The position numbers were made by a program, and so were the translations under genes. This document shows, piece after piece, positions 1 to 13,091 of a stretch of 64,000 bases of DNA. Origin of the DNA: Eledone cirrhosa (Eukaryota); NCBI GenBank assembly GCA_964016885.1, contig OZ024742.1:208134001-208198000 (forward strand), given 5' to 3'. Under the pieces are notes generated by a model, which saw only the letters and a program-made list of their open reading frames with translations, was not told the origin of the DNA and did not search any database. Numbering within the stretch: the first letter of the stretch is position 1; every line of letters starts with the position of its first letter.

Positions 1-520
1 CTCATGGATGTAATACAACTATCTTGCTCGAGGTCTACATCTGAGTCTCCAGCCAGTTGGTTTTTTCTGTAAAATGTTTCCGGTGATTCTTTCCTGAGAC
101 GTTCTAACCACATGCCCATAAATCGGAGCTGTGATCCCTCAATCCGGAGAAGTAGCGGCTCTACCTGGAGTGACTCTCTGATCTCCGAACTATGCACTTT
201 ATCGACTAAATTTACTCCAAAGATCCTTCGGAAGAACGCCATTTCGGCCGCTTGTATTTGCAATTTGCATTCTTTCGGTCATTACCCAAGATTCATGACC
301 CTAAGTAAGTGTTCGCAAGAATAGCAGGAAGACAGCGAGTTTGGCTTTTACACCTATCCTCCTTCTTCTGATTACTGAATGCTGAAGCTGGTGCATTACT
401 GCATCAGCTTTTGCAATTCTTGCACTTAATCCAGACTCCTGCCTTCCCCCACTCATGAACACCGCCCTGAGATACTTGAACTTCTCTACCTGCTTCAGTG
501 GAACTCCATTGACATGTATA
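1..520 (-). mobile_element. RTE-clade LINE fragment (C-terminal part of RT ORF), degenerate
   Basis: Minus-strand translation gives QVEKFKYL..ARIAKA.., GHESWVMTERM and IQAAEMAFFRRIFGV..SSEIRESLQVEPLLLRIE, typical of the RTE post-RT region. Stops and frameshifts are present. Confidence 0.8.
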
Positions 521-759
521 TAAATTAGAGCGACTTTTGACCATACGTTTTTGTGTGAATGTATGTGTGTGTAAAACGAAGGAAGGGATACACACATATA
601 TGTCTCTAACTTAAAAACGGTGACACATACACATACATATATACACATGTATATATATATATATATATATAACACACGTCTCTAATTTAAGAACGCCGAA
701 ACACTCACGCGCGCGCACATACACACACTGTCCCATTACCACTTAAAAACTTTAGTCAA

Positions 760-1130
760 GGCAAACATCCCCTCAATTTTAGAACGATCTGGATTGTCCA
801 GAATTGATGGACCTGACGGTCTTACCCTGTGCCCCTGGTGAAGAGACAAGTACCTTGTCTGGGACATCAGAGTTTGTGACTTTTATTTCTTCCCACATCT
901 TGGATGCAGCGGTAAGGGCGAGAGCTACAGCATTCGCAGCTGAACGGAACAAAATCCTAAAATACCGTCATCTGTCGACTAACTACATTTCCCAGCATGC
1001 GGCGTTCGAGACGTTTGGGGGAGTCGGGTTACTGACTGTGAGGTTCTTATCTTCAATGGCGGCTCGCCTAACGGAGGAAACTAGTTGTTCCAGCACCTTA
1101 GTCCCGCCATTACCCGAGGTAACGCTGTGA
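760..1130 (+). mobile_element. CRE-like non-LTR retrotransposon fragment (restriction-like endonuclease region)
   Basis: PDGLTLCPW*RDKYLVWD, then in another frame AAERNKILKYRHL..AFETFGG; this is the PD..D..K RLE layout of CRE-like elements. Confidence 0.65.
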
Positions 1131-1597
1131 GTGTGCTGGCTTGCTCCTCGCGATATTGTTATCTTTTACTTTGGTAGCTGCTTGTTTGTCCACCCCTTTT
1201 CCCTGCCTTTTGTTGTATGTGGTCTAAGATGTGTGTATTACCTGCTTGTAATTTTTTTTCTTAGTTTTTATCCTTTTCCTTTACTTTGCATACATTATAT
1301 TTGTTTTTGTTGATAAGAATAAGTAAATAAAATGTTATACTTCATTTTACCCTATTTCCAAATTTATCGAATGATGCTATCAGGAATTTATGTGTGTGTG
1401 TAGGGTTATGTAAATGTATGTCTGTGTGTGTGTATTTTGTAAGTGCTTTTGTGTTTGCGCGATTAGTTAAATACTCATACATATAAATATTTGTATATGC
1501 ACATGTACTCACACGTACACACATACACATATACGCACATAAATACACGTCAGCGTGTTGGAAAACAGCCTAATCTCTTCAGCTCTTTCTTTCACTC

Positions 1598-1826
<229 letters not shown>

Positions 1827-2393
1827 GTCAAATGTTTAAAATTTAGCTTCGTTTATTACTGCTATATATATTTCGGTGACAGCCATCTTTGGCTGTGACC
1901 TCTTTAGGCAGTCCGAATTAGTGTGGTATAGACAAGTACATATGTTGTTGAGGTGTATAACTTTGTCAATACTCTGATATGCCCAGTTCCTGGTTGGGTT
2001 GTTATTTCACTGAGGACCTGGAATCATATGAATTCAAACAAACGAATTTCGGTGTCAAACGGCCTCTTCTCCTCTCATTCAAAAGTCTATAGAAATTCGT
2101 TCTGAGGCAAGCCAATCTGTAGTTGTTGTTCTTGTTATTGTTAGGTACATCTGACCTCAATTCTTGTGTTGGTAGTGTTGTTATTGTTGGAGTTAGCTCA
2201 AAAAAATTTATAAAGTGGTAGAAGGAATAAGATGGTAAAGGAACAAAATAACAAAAATATGTCAAACTTCCCATTGGTCAGTTTTGAGAGCATTCCTCAG
2301 TTCGAAGTCTATATAAATTCTTTCTGGGGTGAAGCTCCCTGTAGTGTTTGTGTTTGCTATTGTAAAGTACATCTGACCTCTACCCTTATTTTG

Positions 2394-2509
2394 GTAGCAA
2401 GAACCCTCCGATACGTCCTGAATATCTGAATATCTCAGGCTGCAGATAGTGGCTTTGATATTCATTTCAACAAACTTTCCAGTTAAATAACATCAATGAC
2501 TGAGACTCA

Positions 2510-2553
<44 letters not shown>

Positions 2554-2600
2554 TAACAATAATAATAAGAGAAGGGAATAATAATAATAATAATAATAAT
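2394..2600 (+). mobile_element. 3' tip of R4/Dong LINE (same family as 8911-12303) with (TAA)n tail
   Basis: gcaagaaccctccgatacgtcctgaatatctga plus 3' UTR matches about 12270-12375, followed by (TAA)n. Confidence 0.9.
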
Positions 2601-2624
2601 AAGAGAAGGGAATAACAAGAGAAG

Positions 2625-3430
2625 GGAAGAAGACGCACGAGGTGGCGGAAGGTCATGAAATCGCTCCCGTAAGTTTTGAATTTTTAACATTTGTGAAATA
2701 ACAACCCTTAGTACAAATGCTACGTAAAGCATCCGGCTTGAGCCCCAAAAATTTCGGACCCAAAATATATTGTTATAAGGCTCAAATATTCAAATATTCA
2801 ACTTTGTATTGTACATTGTATATTCAAAAAAGAAAATGGCTATAAATGGAAGAAGATATCCCCCCTCCTCTGTCTACACTATATAGAACAGCCAAACAAC
2901 ACCAATCTCACCAACACCAGAAACTAGATACACCCCCTACCCCATCACCTCTCTGTGTACACTAAACACAACAGCCAGATAACGGCAATTTCACCACCAC
3001 CACTCACTACTGCCATCATTACCACCACTATCCCATCACCGCCGCCACCACTCCTTCATTGCTACCACCGCTACAACATCATCACTACAGTAATACGATC
3101 ACATCACCACCACCACTGCCTCGGTATCGACATCACCACCACCACTGTCTAAGTATCGATAACGCCGCTACTGTCTCCCACATCACCACGCTGGCTGCTG
3201 CCACCACATTATAGAATTACTATTATTATTGTCTCAAATTTAAAAAAAAATATATGTTTAATTCCAATTTTACGGGAATATGTCAACACAAAATATAATA
3301 AAAATATATATTAAACATACGAACACAAACTCATAGATACTACCACCCCACCCCATCCATCATTGCTACCACTATCCCATCGTCGCCGCCACCACTCCTT
3401 CAATGCTACCACCACTATTCCCCTGTTAAC
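2625..3430. repeat. Dispersed repeat 'unit A', copy 1
   Basis: Begins gaagaagacgcacgaggtgg... directly after a (TAA)n tract. Homologous to 7868-8450 and 12415-13050. Confidence 0.85.
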
Positions 3431-3789
3431 TTGAGAGAGAAAGGGGAAGGTGGCGGTATCACTAGACAAGGGAGAGGCTAGCAAAAGATATAAATAGATT
3501 GACTTAGTGACCTGGCCGCCGGCCAAACGTCAACATCAACAACTATGGGACTGCTGGCTCACCCCTTCCTCACCAACAATATAAAAAGCCCCGGCACCAC
3601 CACCGACATAGCCAACAACAATAACAGCCAACTAAAACAAAAAGTATATTATATTATTGTAATGCACTGGGTGATTGCTGGCCTTATGCCTGGAGTGAAG
3701 ACAATTATTAATAATTTCATTATTAAGCCACGCAATGCTCACATTAAGGAACCACTCATGATAATAACAATTTTAAAAAACAACAAAAA

Positions 3790-6700
3790 GAAAACCCCGT
3801 GACCAAGAAATACCGGGATGGCGGCCGGCGGGGAATAGCCGTGTCTCTAGGGGAGAACGACCCCTCTAGTCTTGGTTGACACTCGTTCTAGAAGTGGTAA
3901 CACGAAATGATTACCCCTTGGCGGATAAGGATAAAACGCGACAAAATAAAGTAAATGTCTAATGATAAAACCTCATACCGGATCGGCCGTCACCCGGGTA
4001 AAAAAGGGCCGCGTCCCTCAGAGAGGAACCAGACTGGGGTCGAAAAATCAGCTAATGGTTCAAACCTTCCCATCACTTCGGAGCTGGAGACCTCCCATAA
4101 CCGGAATACTCCTACTGTTGGCCCTCCATGCTCACCACCAAGAAATCCAAAGAAAAAGAGAGAAAAATGGTCAAGGGAAGATAATAAAGAAGTCCTTGAG
4201 GCTTTCTACACTGCCATGTACTACCCACCAAATACATCGAATACAGAACAGACATATATCAACTGGAAAAAGAAACATCCCGAAAACAGAGGCTATATTG
4301 ACAGTAACAGACTAGCCAATATATGAAGACATATTGTAAGAAAAAAGTTACTAACTGATATAGAAATTGATCAGATCAAGCTATTAGCACAAAGTCAGCG
4401 AAGGGAAAATGAAACATGTGTCAGTGAAAATGAGGTAAACTGTAACACTTCGAATCCCAGGGTTGGAGTGGAATCACTGGCAACAGAACAAATTAAAGAA
4501 AGGATCGAAAAAGTGGAGGGAGTGCATGCTCAGGATGAAACTCCAAATGAAAATAATGAGATCGTAAATGATAAAGAAATGAATGAGAATGAAATTGACA
4601 ACTTGAAGAATGAAATTATGATCGAATGGATGAAAATGAAAGAATCTGACATGGGGCAACGAGACACCCTCCCTAAGATCCAGAACTCCAAACAGAACCA
4701 AAAGATAATACACAAGACTAACATAATTCTCAAAAACATTATCATCACAAACAAACTAAACATTACTGATTTAAATCATCTCTATTATGCATCGGCTAAA
4801 GTCACCACTCACTTATGTGGAGTGAAGATGAAAAAACAAAGGAATTCCCACAAGAAATCTACTTGGCAAGAGAACATCAATCGCCAAATAAACCTTCTCC
4901 GATCTGATATAGAAATTTTAAAAAACTATAAAGTAGGTGAACATGTTAAACAAACTAAACTTAGAAAATTGAAAAAGAAGTACAGTATAAAATCAACATG
5001 TGACATAGACATGCTGATAGAAATAATCAAGCAAAAAGTGTCGGCCAAAGCTGCTCGTATAAGGCGCTTTGAAAAACGATCTAGATTCTATAAGGACAAT
5101 AATATGTTCAAAAACAACCAAAGAAACTTCTACAGAAAAATTGGTAAGTCAACAATAACTGCTAAATCAATACCACCCAAGGAGGAAGTGCAAACATTCT
5201 GGGAAAAGATCTGGGCCGAAGAAAAAGTTCATAACATACATGCCCCATGGATAGACAGACAAATGAAAGATACAGCTCACCTTGAGGAACAAACATGGGA
5301 AAATATAACAGTTGAACAGTTGCGCTTGGCTCTAAGAAAAACCAGCAAATGGAAATCCCCAGGAAAAGACAAAATACAAAACTTTTGGATAAATGCCTTC
5401 ACAGAGTCTCATGAGCTGTTAGCCCAACTTTACAATGAAATAGTTAAGGAGCCAGAAAAGATACCTTCATGACTAGTTAACGGCATTACATTCCTGCTTC
5501 CGAAGAATGGTGAGACAAACAATCCCAAAAATTACAGACCCATAACTTGCTTGACCACAATGTATAAAATTTTAACATCAGTCCTAACTGAATACACATA
5601 TGACCACCTGATAACAAATGACCTATTTCCCATTGAGAGGAAAGGGTGTAAACGAGGCTCATATGGCTGTAAGGATCAGCTTCTGGTTAACAAAATGATA
5701 CTGGAAGATTGTCATTAAAGACACAAAAATCTGTCGATTGCTTGGATAGATTATAAAAAAGCATTCGATAGTTTGCCACACAGTTGGATTGAAAAATGTT
5801 TAGAGATTTTCAAAATATCCCCCGTTGTCAGGAGGTTTTTGTCATTCAGTATGAAGACATGGAAAACCACACTCCTTTTGAATAGTGAAACAAAATCACT
5901 GGAAGCTGGAGAAGTTAAAATTAATTGTGGAATTTTTCAGGGTGACTCTTTATCACCGCTTTTATTCTGCATCGCACTTATACCATTAAGTAAAATGCTC
6001 AATGAAACAAAACATGGATATAAAGTCTATGACAAAACCATTAATCACCTGTTCTACATGGATGACCTGAAACTATTTGCAAAAAATGATGAACAATTGC
6101 AAGGGCTATTATCCACTGTGAAGCAGTTCAGTGATGACATTAAAATGGAGTTTGGACTAGATAAATGCGCCAAAGCAACGTTCACCAGAGGAAAGCTGCT
6201 GAAAGGTTCAGACATTAATTTTGATCGGGGGAACGTGATAAGAGAACTTGATCAAGAAAAAACTTACAAACATCTAGGTGTTTGTGAAGGAGACGGAATC
6301 AAGCACTCGACAATGAGGGAAAGGATAAGGAAGGAATGTTACCGCAGAGTAAGAGCAATCTTAAGAACGGAATTGAATGCAAGGAATAGGATCAATGCCA
6401 TAAACACGCTTGCCATACCAGTAGTAACCTACAGTTACAATGTCATCAACTGGTCAAGCACAGGGATCCGTAGGCTCGATATAAAAATTCGAAAATTCTT
6501 AACCATGCACAGAATGCATCAACCTAAGGCAGATATAGATAGAATATATCTCCCTAGGAAAGAAGGAGGACGTGGGTTAATCCAGTTAGACATTGCGTTG
6601 AAAACTGCAACAATTGGATTATCTACATATCTAAGGGAATCACATGATTGGATGATCAAACTCGTTTTGAAACACGAAAGCATCAAAAGATCATATTCCA

Positions 6701-7509
6701 TTACAAAAGATGCACAAAGATACAGTAATGGACTACAAATTTCAGAAGTCCCATTTACTGCTGAAATGGAAAACAGAAAAAGGAAAGCAGGTAAAAGTTA
6801 CTGCAAAGAAAGAACTGCTACAGAAACTGGCTAAGAAATGGCAAGAAAAGCCTCTGTATGGAAAATACCCAGAGCGAGCTAACAATCCTGATGTTGACAA
6901 AACTTTAACCCATCAGTGGTTGGCATCCTCTGGACTGAAATCGGAGACTGAAGGACTGATTATATCGGCACAAGATCAGTGTCTGCCAACAAAAAATTAC
7001 CAAGCCAACATAATAAAAAATGGGTGCAGCCCATTATGCCGTGTATGCAAAAAACAACCAGAGACCATTGACCATATAATTTCAATGTGCAGTCCTATAG
7101 CTCCAACCGAATACCTAAACAGGCATGACAGAGCTATTAAAACATTTGAAAAATTGAGCAAGTATAAGGACCTGGAGATAGAAATTGGAAAAATGTGGAA
7201 ATTGAGAACTAAAACAATACCAGTGGTTGTAGGCGCTCTGGGAATGATACCTAAGGGGGCTAATGATTACTTATCGCAAATCCCAGGAAACCCGCGTATA
7301 GGAGAAATACAAAAGATAGTACTAATGGGAACTGCCCATATACTAAGGAAGATTCTGTAAATATAAGTACATCACAAGTCAAAACACTAAAGATGCATGT
7401 GTGAATATGTATGTTCTTTCTTGAACATGGCGGACATTGTTGTCTCTTGAGGTCACTGGTTGTGACTTGGTGATAACTCGTATGAACATAAAGCAAGATA
7501 AATGCAACT

Positions 7510-7577
<68 letters not shown>
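3790..7577 (+). mobile_element. R4/Dong-clade LINE, decayed near-full-length copy with (TAA)n tail
   Basis: Single ORF 3955-7360 with RT motifs GIFQGDSLSP and HLFYMDDLKL and zinc knuckle CRVC..H..C. 3' UTR is followed by (TAA)n at 7511-7577. Confidence 0.92.
3955..7360 (+). pseudogene. Disrupted RT-RLE ORF of Dong-like LINE
   Basis: Segments starting at 3955, 4468 and 5773 are in one frame, broken by stops at about 4324, 5470 and 5716. There is a frameshift near 6770, and a deletion near 7135 (RHDRA|IKTFEK) removes the PD..D endonuclease core. Confidence 0.9.
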
Positions 7578-7579
<2 letters not shown>

Positions 7580-7867
7580 ATGAAATTTCACGTATGAAAT
7601 TTTTTTTTTTTTTTTTTGGTAGCCATGTTTTTTTGCTTAAAATGAAATTTTGGGTACAAAACCCCAATAACTGATTATTTAACCCCGAAGGGCCAAATAA
7701 CGGACAGAAAGACCCCTCTCACGAGGAGGAGGGTGTCTTTATCAACAATTTGGTTCAAGTTTTAAACAATTTACAATTGTTTTAACGGTTAAAAATTACT
7801 ATACCTTACAGAGCCGAGCCTCCGTCAACCATGGCATTCAATAATAATAATAATAATAATAATAATA

Positions 7868-8450
7868 AGGGAAGAAGACGCACGAGGTGACGGAGGTCAT
7901 GAAATCGCTCCCGTAAGTTTTGAATTTTTAACATATTTAAACCATTTGTGAAATAACAACTCTTAGTACAAATGCTACGTAAAGCACCCGGCTTGAGCCC
8001 CAAAAAATTCGGACCCAAAATATATTGTTATAAGGCTCAAATATTCAAATATTCAACTTTGTATTGTACACTGTATATCCAAAAAAGAAAATGGCCATAA
8101 ATGGAAGAAGAACCCCCCCCCCCCTCCTCCTCTGTATACACTATATAGAACAGCCAAACTCACCAACACCAGAAACTAGATACACCACCCACCCTATCAC
8201 CTGTGTACACTAAACCACCACCGATCACTACGGCCATCATTACAACCATTATCCCATCACCGCCGCCACCACCCCTTCACTCCTTCACTGCTGCCACCGC
8301 TACAGCACCATCGCTACAGTAATACGGTCACATCACCGCCACCACTGCCTCGGTATCGACATCACCACCACCACTGTCTCAGTATCGCTACCGCCGCCAG
8401 TCTCCCACTTCTTCTTTTAGCTGGCTGCTGCCACCACATTATAGAATCCC
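7868..8450. repeat. Dispersed repeat 'unit A', copy 2
   Basis: Close match to 2625-3220, again directly after (TAA)n. Confidence 0.85.
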
Positions 8451-8729
8451 TACTGCTAAAAAAGAGGAAGGCATCAAAATATATAGATAGACTCAAAAGA
8501 AAAAAGAAAAAATAAACAACAAAAGCAGCACAGCAACAACAGTAAAAAACGAGAAAAACAGAGAAAAACAAAAACAAAAAAAGAAACCCCCAAAACGTAA
8601 AGAAAATAAGAATGAAGAGAGAGGCAGGCGGACGGACAGAGAAGAGGGGGGAAAAAGTAAAACTTAAAAAACAAAAACTAAGTCAGACATTCGAATACTA
8701 CATTACAATGAAACTTATGCTTATTCATT

Positions 8730-11700
8730 TTTGGGGCCCTTTCTGCCCGTGTGTTTGTTTGTTTATGTGTGTCCGTATACAGCGTGGTGATAATGCCACA
8801 CAAGGGCCAAGTGGGATGGCGGATCCACAGATGGCTATGTAAACATACATTCGCCAATCCTCGATAAGAGTGTTTAAATATCGAACATAAACAGTTCGAA
8901 TAACGGTGAAATGGAGACTAGAACGTCATGTGACAGACTCTCACCCAACAGGTGCCCCCTGGCTCAGCAGCAGGAACCTGACTGTCAACGAAATACTGCT
9001 GATGTTGGAGGAAGAAGAAGAAGGAAAGGGGCCAGAACCAACTGGACGAAAGAATTGAATAGAACTGTTATGCAATGCTACCTGAAAAGTAACCCCAAGG
9101 AGAGGGGCTACAGGAGACGGATGCATAACATCTGGAACGAGATTGGTTTATTTAAATTAGATGAACAAAAATTGGCCGGGCAGGCTCGGGTAATAAGAAC
9201 TAATGGGTGGATAAGCGAGCTGGAACTGGAGGAACTGAGCAGAGAGAATGGCTTGGAGATGGCGGGTGTAGTATGCCAGACAAGCGAGCCGGCGGGAAAT
9301 GAAGGTGAGGAGGTCCTGAGAGCGGAGGAACCACCCGAAGCAGACAATGATCTGAATACTGAGATAAATAATACCTGGAACAGAGATACGGCCACTGAGG
9401 AGATGAATGCTGACGGGCTAGGACAAGATTCGGTTGACATCCTAAATTTAGTGGTAGATGAGTTGAACAATGATAGTGGGAGACCTATGAACCTAAGATT
9501 TGTAGACAGGAAAAAGTTAAAAGAAACAACAGCTAAGGTAAACAAAGTCATCCCATACCTTGAGGCGAGGAGTCTTCACCAGTGCAACAATATCCTCAAA
9601 GCAACAGCAAATACGGTGAGGAAACTACTTGGTATAAAAGCGAGAGGAAACAACAGACAAGAAAGAGCAGAGCCGTGGTGGAAGAAGCGACTGAGTGGGC
9701 AAATCGGGGAAATGAGAAATGACATAGGAAAGCTTGAGTCACTACTGAATGGGACACTAAAAAACATAGGCACTAAAAATAGACTGGAAATAAAATACAA
9801 AACTAGGAGTAAAAAGCTAAATATTATCATAGAGGAATTGAAGCAACGCATTGTAGCAAAGAGTGCCAAAATCAGGCGATACGAGAACAGAGTCAGTCAG
9901 TATAAACAGAACCGCATGTTCGACAACAACCAGAAGATGCTGTTTGGACAGCTTGAGGGGAAAGAAAGAGGCACCGACTTGATCCCTGGGGCGGAACAAG
10001 CTAAAACATTCTGGAGAGGAATATGGGAGCAGGATGTTAGACACAATGCCCAGGCAGGGTGGATTCAGACAGTACAGAGGGAGATCGGTGAGCAGGCACA
10101 GCAACAGACTGATTTGAGTATCACAGTTGAAACTCTTAAGGGGCAAGCCAAAAAACTAACCAACTGGAAATCACCAGGCCCAGATGGTGTGCAGGGGTAT
10201 TGGATTAAACATTTAACATCCCTCCACCCGAAGCTGACGGCCATGTTCAATGACTGCTTGGTGTCGGGTGAGGTGCCAGAGTGGTTGACAAAAGGTACCA
10301 CAGTTCTGATAATGAAAGACCGAATCAAGGGTAATGATGTTACCAACTATAGACCTATCACATGTCTGCCCGTAATGTGGAAACTGTTGACGAGCATTGT
10401 GTCTGAGGAAATCTACCATCACCTCCACACAAACAACTTGTTGCCGGACGAACAGAAAGGATGCCGAAAGAAGTCACGTGGTACAAAGGACCAGTTGCTT
10501 ATTGATAAGATGGTAATGGGGAATTGCAGGAGGAGACACACTGATCTTGCCATGGGATGGATAGACTACAGAAAGGCATTTGACATGGTGCCTCATTCCT
10601 GGATCACCAAAAGCCTGGAGATCTTCAGGGTGGCAGATAACATCAGAGAGTTGCTGGGCAGGAGTATGGGGTCCTGGGAGACAGAGTTGACATCAACTGG
10701 AGTATCCTTGGGAAGCGTGAAGATCAAGAGAGGTATCTTCCAGGGAGATAGCCTGTCCCCTCTGTTGTTTGTCCTTGCCCTGATGCCCTTGACCATTATG
10801 CTGCGAAAAGTGAGAGCAGGATACAAGTTGGGAAGGGGAGAGCTTACCATCAATCACCTCCTCTTCATGGACGATCTTAAGCTCTTCGGGAAAAGTGAGA
10901 AGGAGTTGGATGTGCTTGTTGACACTGTCCGTATTTTCAGCAGTGATATATGTATGCAGTTTGGTATTGGTAAATGTGGAGTCATTGTGATGAGGAGGGG
11001 TAGGTTGAGCAGAAGTAACGGGATCCAGATACCAACAGGTGAGATGATAAAGGAAATTGACTCTGAGGAAGGATACAAGTATTTGGGCGTTCTGGAGGCT
11101 GATGGCATAAAGAACAAAAAAATGAAGGAATTGTTAAGAACTGAATACATTCGGAGAGTAAGGAGCGTATTGAAGTCACATCTGAACAGCAGAAATGCCA
11201 TAAGCGCAGTAAATTCCCGAGCTGTGTCTATTATTAGGTACAGTGCGGGAATTCTGAGATGGAATGTTGCTGAACAAAAAGAAATGGATAGGAAGACTAG
11301 GAAGCTATTGACTATCTACAACATGTTCCACAAGAGGAGTGATGTCGATAGACTCTACCTAAGGAGATCTGAGGGTGGAAGAGGTCTTATCAGCATAGAG
11401 GACTGTGTTCAGATGGAGAAAAACAACCTATACAAATACGTGACCTATAGTAAGGAGCCAATGCTCAGAGCTGTACTGAAGGAGGGGAGAGTAGGCCAGG
11501 GGATACCCAAGGAGGAAATAACATCAAGGAGGAAGAGCAGCCTTAAGGGAAAATCCCTTCATAGTACCTTCTTTGAGAAAACTGAATTTAGAGATCCACA
11601 GACATGGAACTGGTTGAGAAGAGGAGACCTCAAAAAGGCTACAGAAGGAATGCTAATGGCTGCGCAGGAGCAGGCCCTCAAAACGAAGTGGTTGAAGCAC

Positions 11701-12417
11701 CATATCTACAAGGAGGAGGCTAGCCCACTGTGCAGGATCTGTGGAGAGAGAGAGGAGACTGTGGCTCACATTGTGTCCGAGTGTAAACACCTAGCCCAGA
11801 CCCACTATAAGGGCTGGAGACACGATGTGATGGGCAGGGTGATCCACTGGCACCTGTGCAAAGTAAACAATCTACCACATTCTGAGAAATGGTATGAGCA
11901 TAGGCCAGAGGCGGTGATGGAGAACAGTCAGGTGAAGGTGCTGTGGGATTTTAGGATACAGACGGACAAAAAACTGGAACACAATAGACCTGACCTGGTG
12001 GTTGTGGACAAAGAAAAAAGATCGTGCCTGATTGTGGATGTGGCCTGCCCGTTCGACACGAGAGTGCAAGAGAAGGAGAGGGAGAAAATTCACCGATACC
12101 AGGACCTAAAGTGGGAGGTGAAAAGGATTTGGAACTGCCATGAAGTCAAAGTGATCCCGATTGTCATAGGCGCACTGGGGACTATCTCCAAAGGTTTCCA
12201 GGGATGGTTAAAGAAAATCGGCCCCTTCACGCTTTTTGGAACGCTTCAAAAGGCATGCTTGCTTGGAACGGCAAGAACCCTCCGATACGTCCTGAATATC
12301 TGAGGCTGCAGGTAGTGGCTTGATATTCAATCCAACGGACTTTCCAGTTAACCAACATCAATGACTGAGATTCAAGGAATAACAATAACAATAATAATAA
12401 TAATAATAATAATAATA
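8730..12417 (+). mobile_element. R4/Dong-clade LINE, intact full-length copy
   Basis: Uninterrupted ORF, short 3' UTR and (TAA)n tail. The 5' boundary is approximate. Confidence 0.93.
8911..12303 (+). CDS. Reverse transcriptase / restriction-like endonuclease polyprotein (1130 aa), R4/Dong clade
   Basis: KSPGPDG, NYRPITCL, IDYRKAFD, GIFQGDSLSP, LFMDDLKL, CRIC..H...C knuckle, RHD, RPDLVVVD..D..K..KY RLE and terminal PIVIGALG. Confidence 0.96.
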   Translation: METRTSCDRLSPNRCPLAQQQEPDCQRNTADVGGRRRRKGARTNWTKELNRTVMQCYLKSNPKERGYRRRMHNIWNEIGLFKLDEQKLAGQARVIRTNGWISELELEELSRENGLEMAGVVCQTSEPAGNEGEEVLRAEEPPEADNDLNTEINNTWNRDTATEEMNADGLGQDSVDILNLVVDELNNDSGRPMNLRFVDRKKLKETTAKVNKVIPYLEARSLHQCNNILKATANTVRKLLGIKARGNNRQERAEPWWKKRLSGQIGEMRNDIGKLESLLNGTLKNIGTKNRLEIKYKTRSKKLNIIIEELKQRIVAKSAKIRRYENRVSQYKQNRMFDNNQKMLFGQLEGKERGTDLIPGAEQAKTFWRGIWEQDVRHNAQAGWIQTVQREIGEQAQQQTDLSITVETLKGQAKKLTNWKSPGPDGVQGYWIKHLTSLHPKLTAMFNDCLVSGEVPEWLTKGTTVLIMKDRIKGNDVTNYRPITCLPVMWKLLTSIVSEEIYHHLHTNNLLPDEQKGCRKKSRGTKDQLLIDKMVMGNCRRRHTDLAMGWIDYRKAFDMVPHSWITKSLEIFRVADNIRELLGRSMGSWETELTSTGVSLGSVKIKRGIFQGDSLSPLLFVLALMPLTIMLRKVRAGYKLGRGELTINHLLFMDDLKLFGKSEKELDVLVDTVRIFSSDICMQFGIGKCGVIVMRRGRLSRSNGIQIPTGEMIKEIDSEEGYKYLGVLEADGIKNKKMKELLRTEYIRRVRSVLKSHLNSRNAISAVNSRAVSIIRYSAGILRWNVAEQKEMDRKTRKLLTIYNMFHKRSDVDRLYLRRSEGGRGLISIEDCVQMEKNNLYKYVTYSKEPMLRAVLKEGRVGQGIPKEEITSRRKSSLKGKSLHSTFFEKTEFRDPQTWNWLRRGDLKKATEGMLMAAQEQALKTKWLKHHIYKEEASPLCRICGEREETVAHIVSECKHLAQTHYKGWRHDVMGRVIHWHLCKVNNLPHSEKWYEHRPEAVMENSQVKVLWDFRIQTDKKLEHNRPDLVVVDKEKRSCLIVDVACPFDTRVQEKEREKIHRYQDLKWEVKRIWNCHEVKVIPIVIGALGTISKGFQGWLKKIGPFTLFGTLQKACLLGTARTLRYVLNI

Positions 12418-13050
12418 AGACGCACGTGGTGGATAGAGTGTTATGGAATCGGTCCCGTAAGTTTTTGATTTATAACATATTTAAAACTATTGTGATATAA
12501 CAATTCTTAGTACAAATGGGACATAAAGCACCAGGCTTAGCTCTCAGGAAATGAGAACCCATAATATCCTGTTATATCGCTCAAATATTCAATTTTGTTT
12601 TATAGATTTTATATTAAAAAAAGAAAATGGTTATTAATGTAAGAAAACCCCCTCTGTCTACACTATATAGAACAGCCAAATAACAGCAATTTCACCAACA
12701 CCACAACCTAGATACACCATCTATCCCACCACCCCTCTGTGTACACCAAATACAACAGCAAGATAATGGCAATTTCACCACCACCACCACCAATCCCAGC
12801 ATCATAATAATTACTATTATTGTATCTCAAGTTTTCTCAAAATGTTTAATTCAAATATTAAGGAAATATGTCAACACTTATATTAAACATACGCGACAAA
12901 CCGCATAGATAAACAGATCAAACAAAAGCAGACTATTCAACAAAACTCAGTAACGATAACGCCATCACTATAGTCACCGCCACTACCACTCCATGATTGC
13001 TACCACAACCCCATCAGCGCCGCCACCACTCCTTCATTGCTACCACCACT
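12415..13050. repeat. Dispersed repeat 'unit A', copy 3 (more diverged)
   Basis: agacgcacgtggtgg...cccgtaagttttt...tacactatatagaacagccaaa, homologous to copies 1 and 2. Confidence 0.8.
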
Positions 13051-13091
13051 ATTAATATCTTTGGGACACCATTAATATCTTTGGGACATTA

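Noticed and set aside
4320-5720. In-frame TGA codons as selenocysteine or readthrough in the first Dong element
   Set aside because: The same ORF also has a TAA stop, a frameshift and an endonuclease deletion, so this is ordinary decay.
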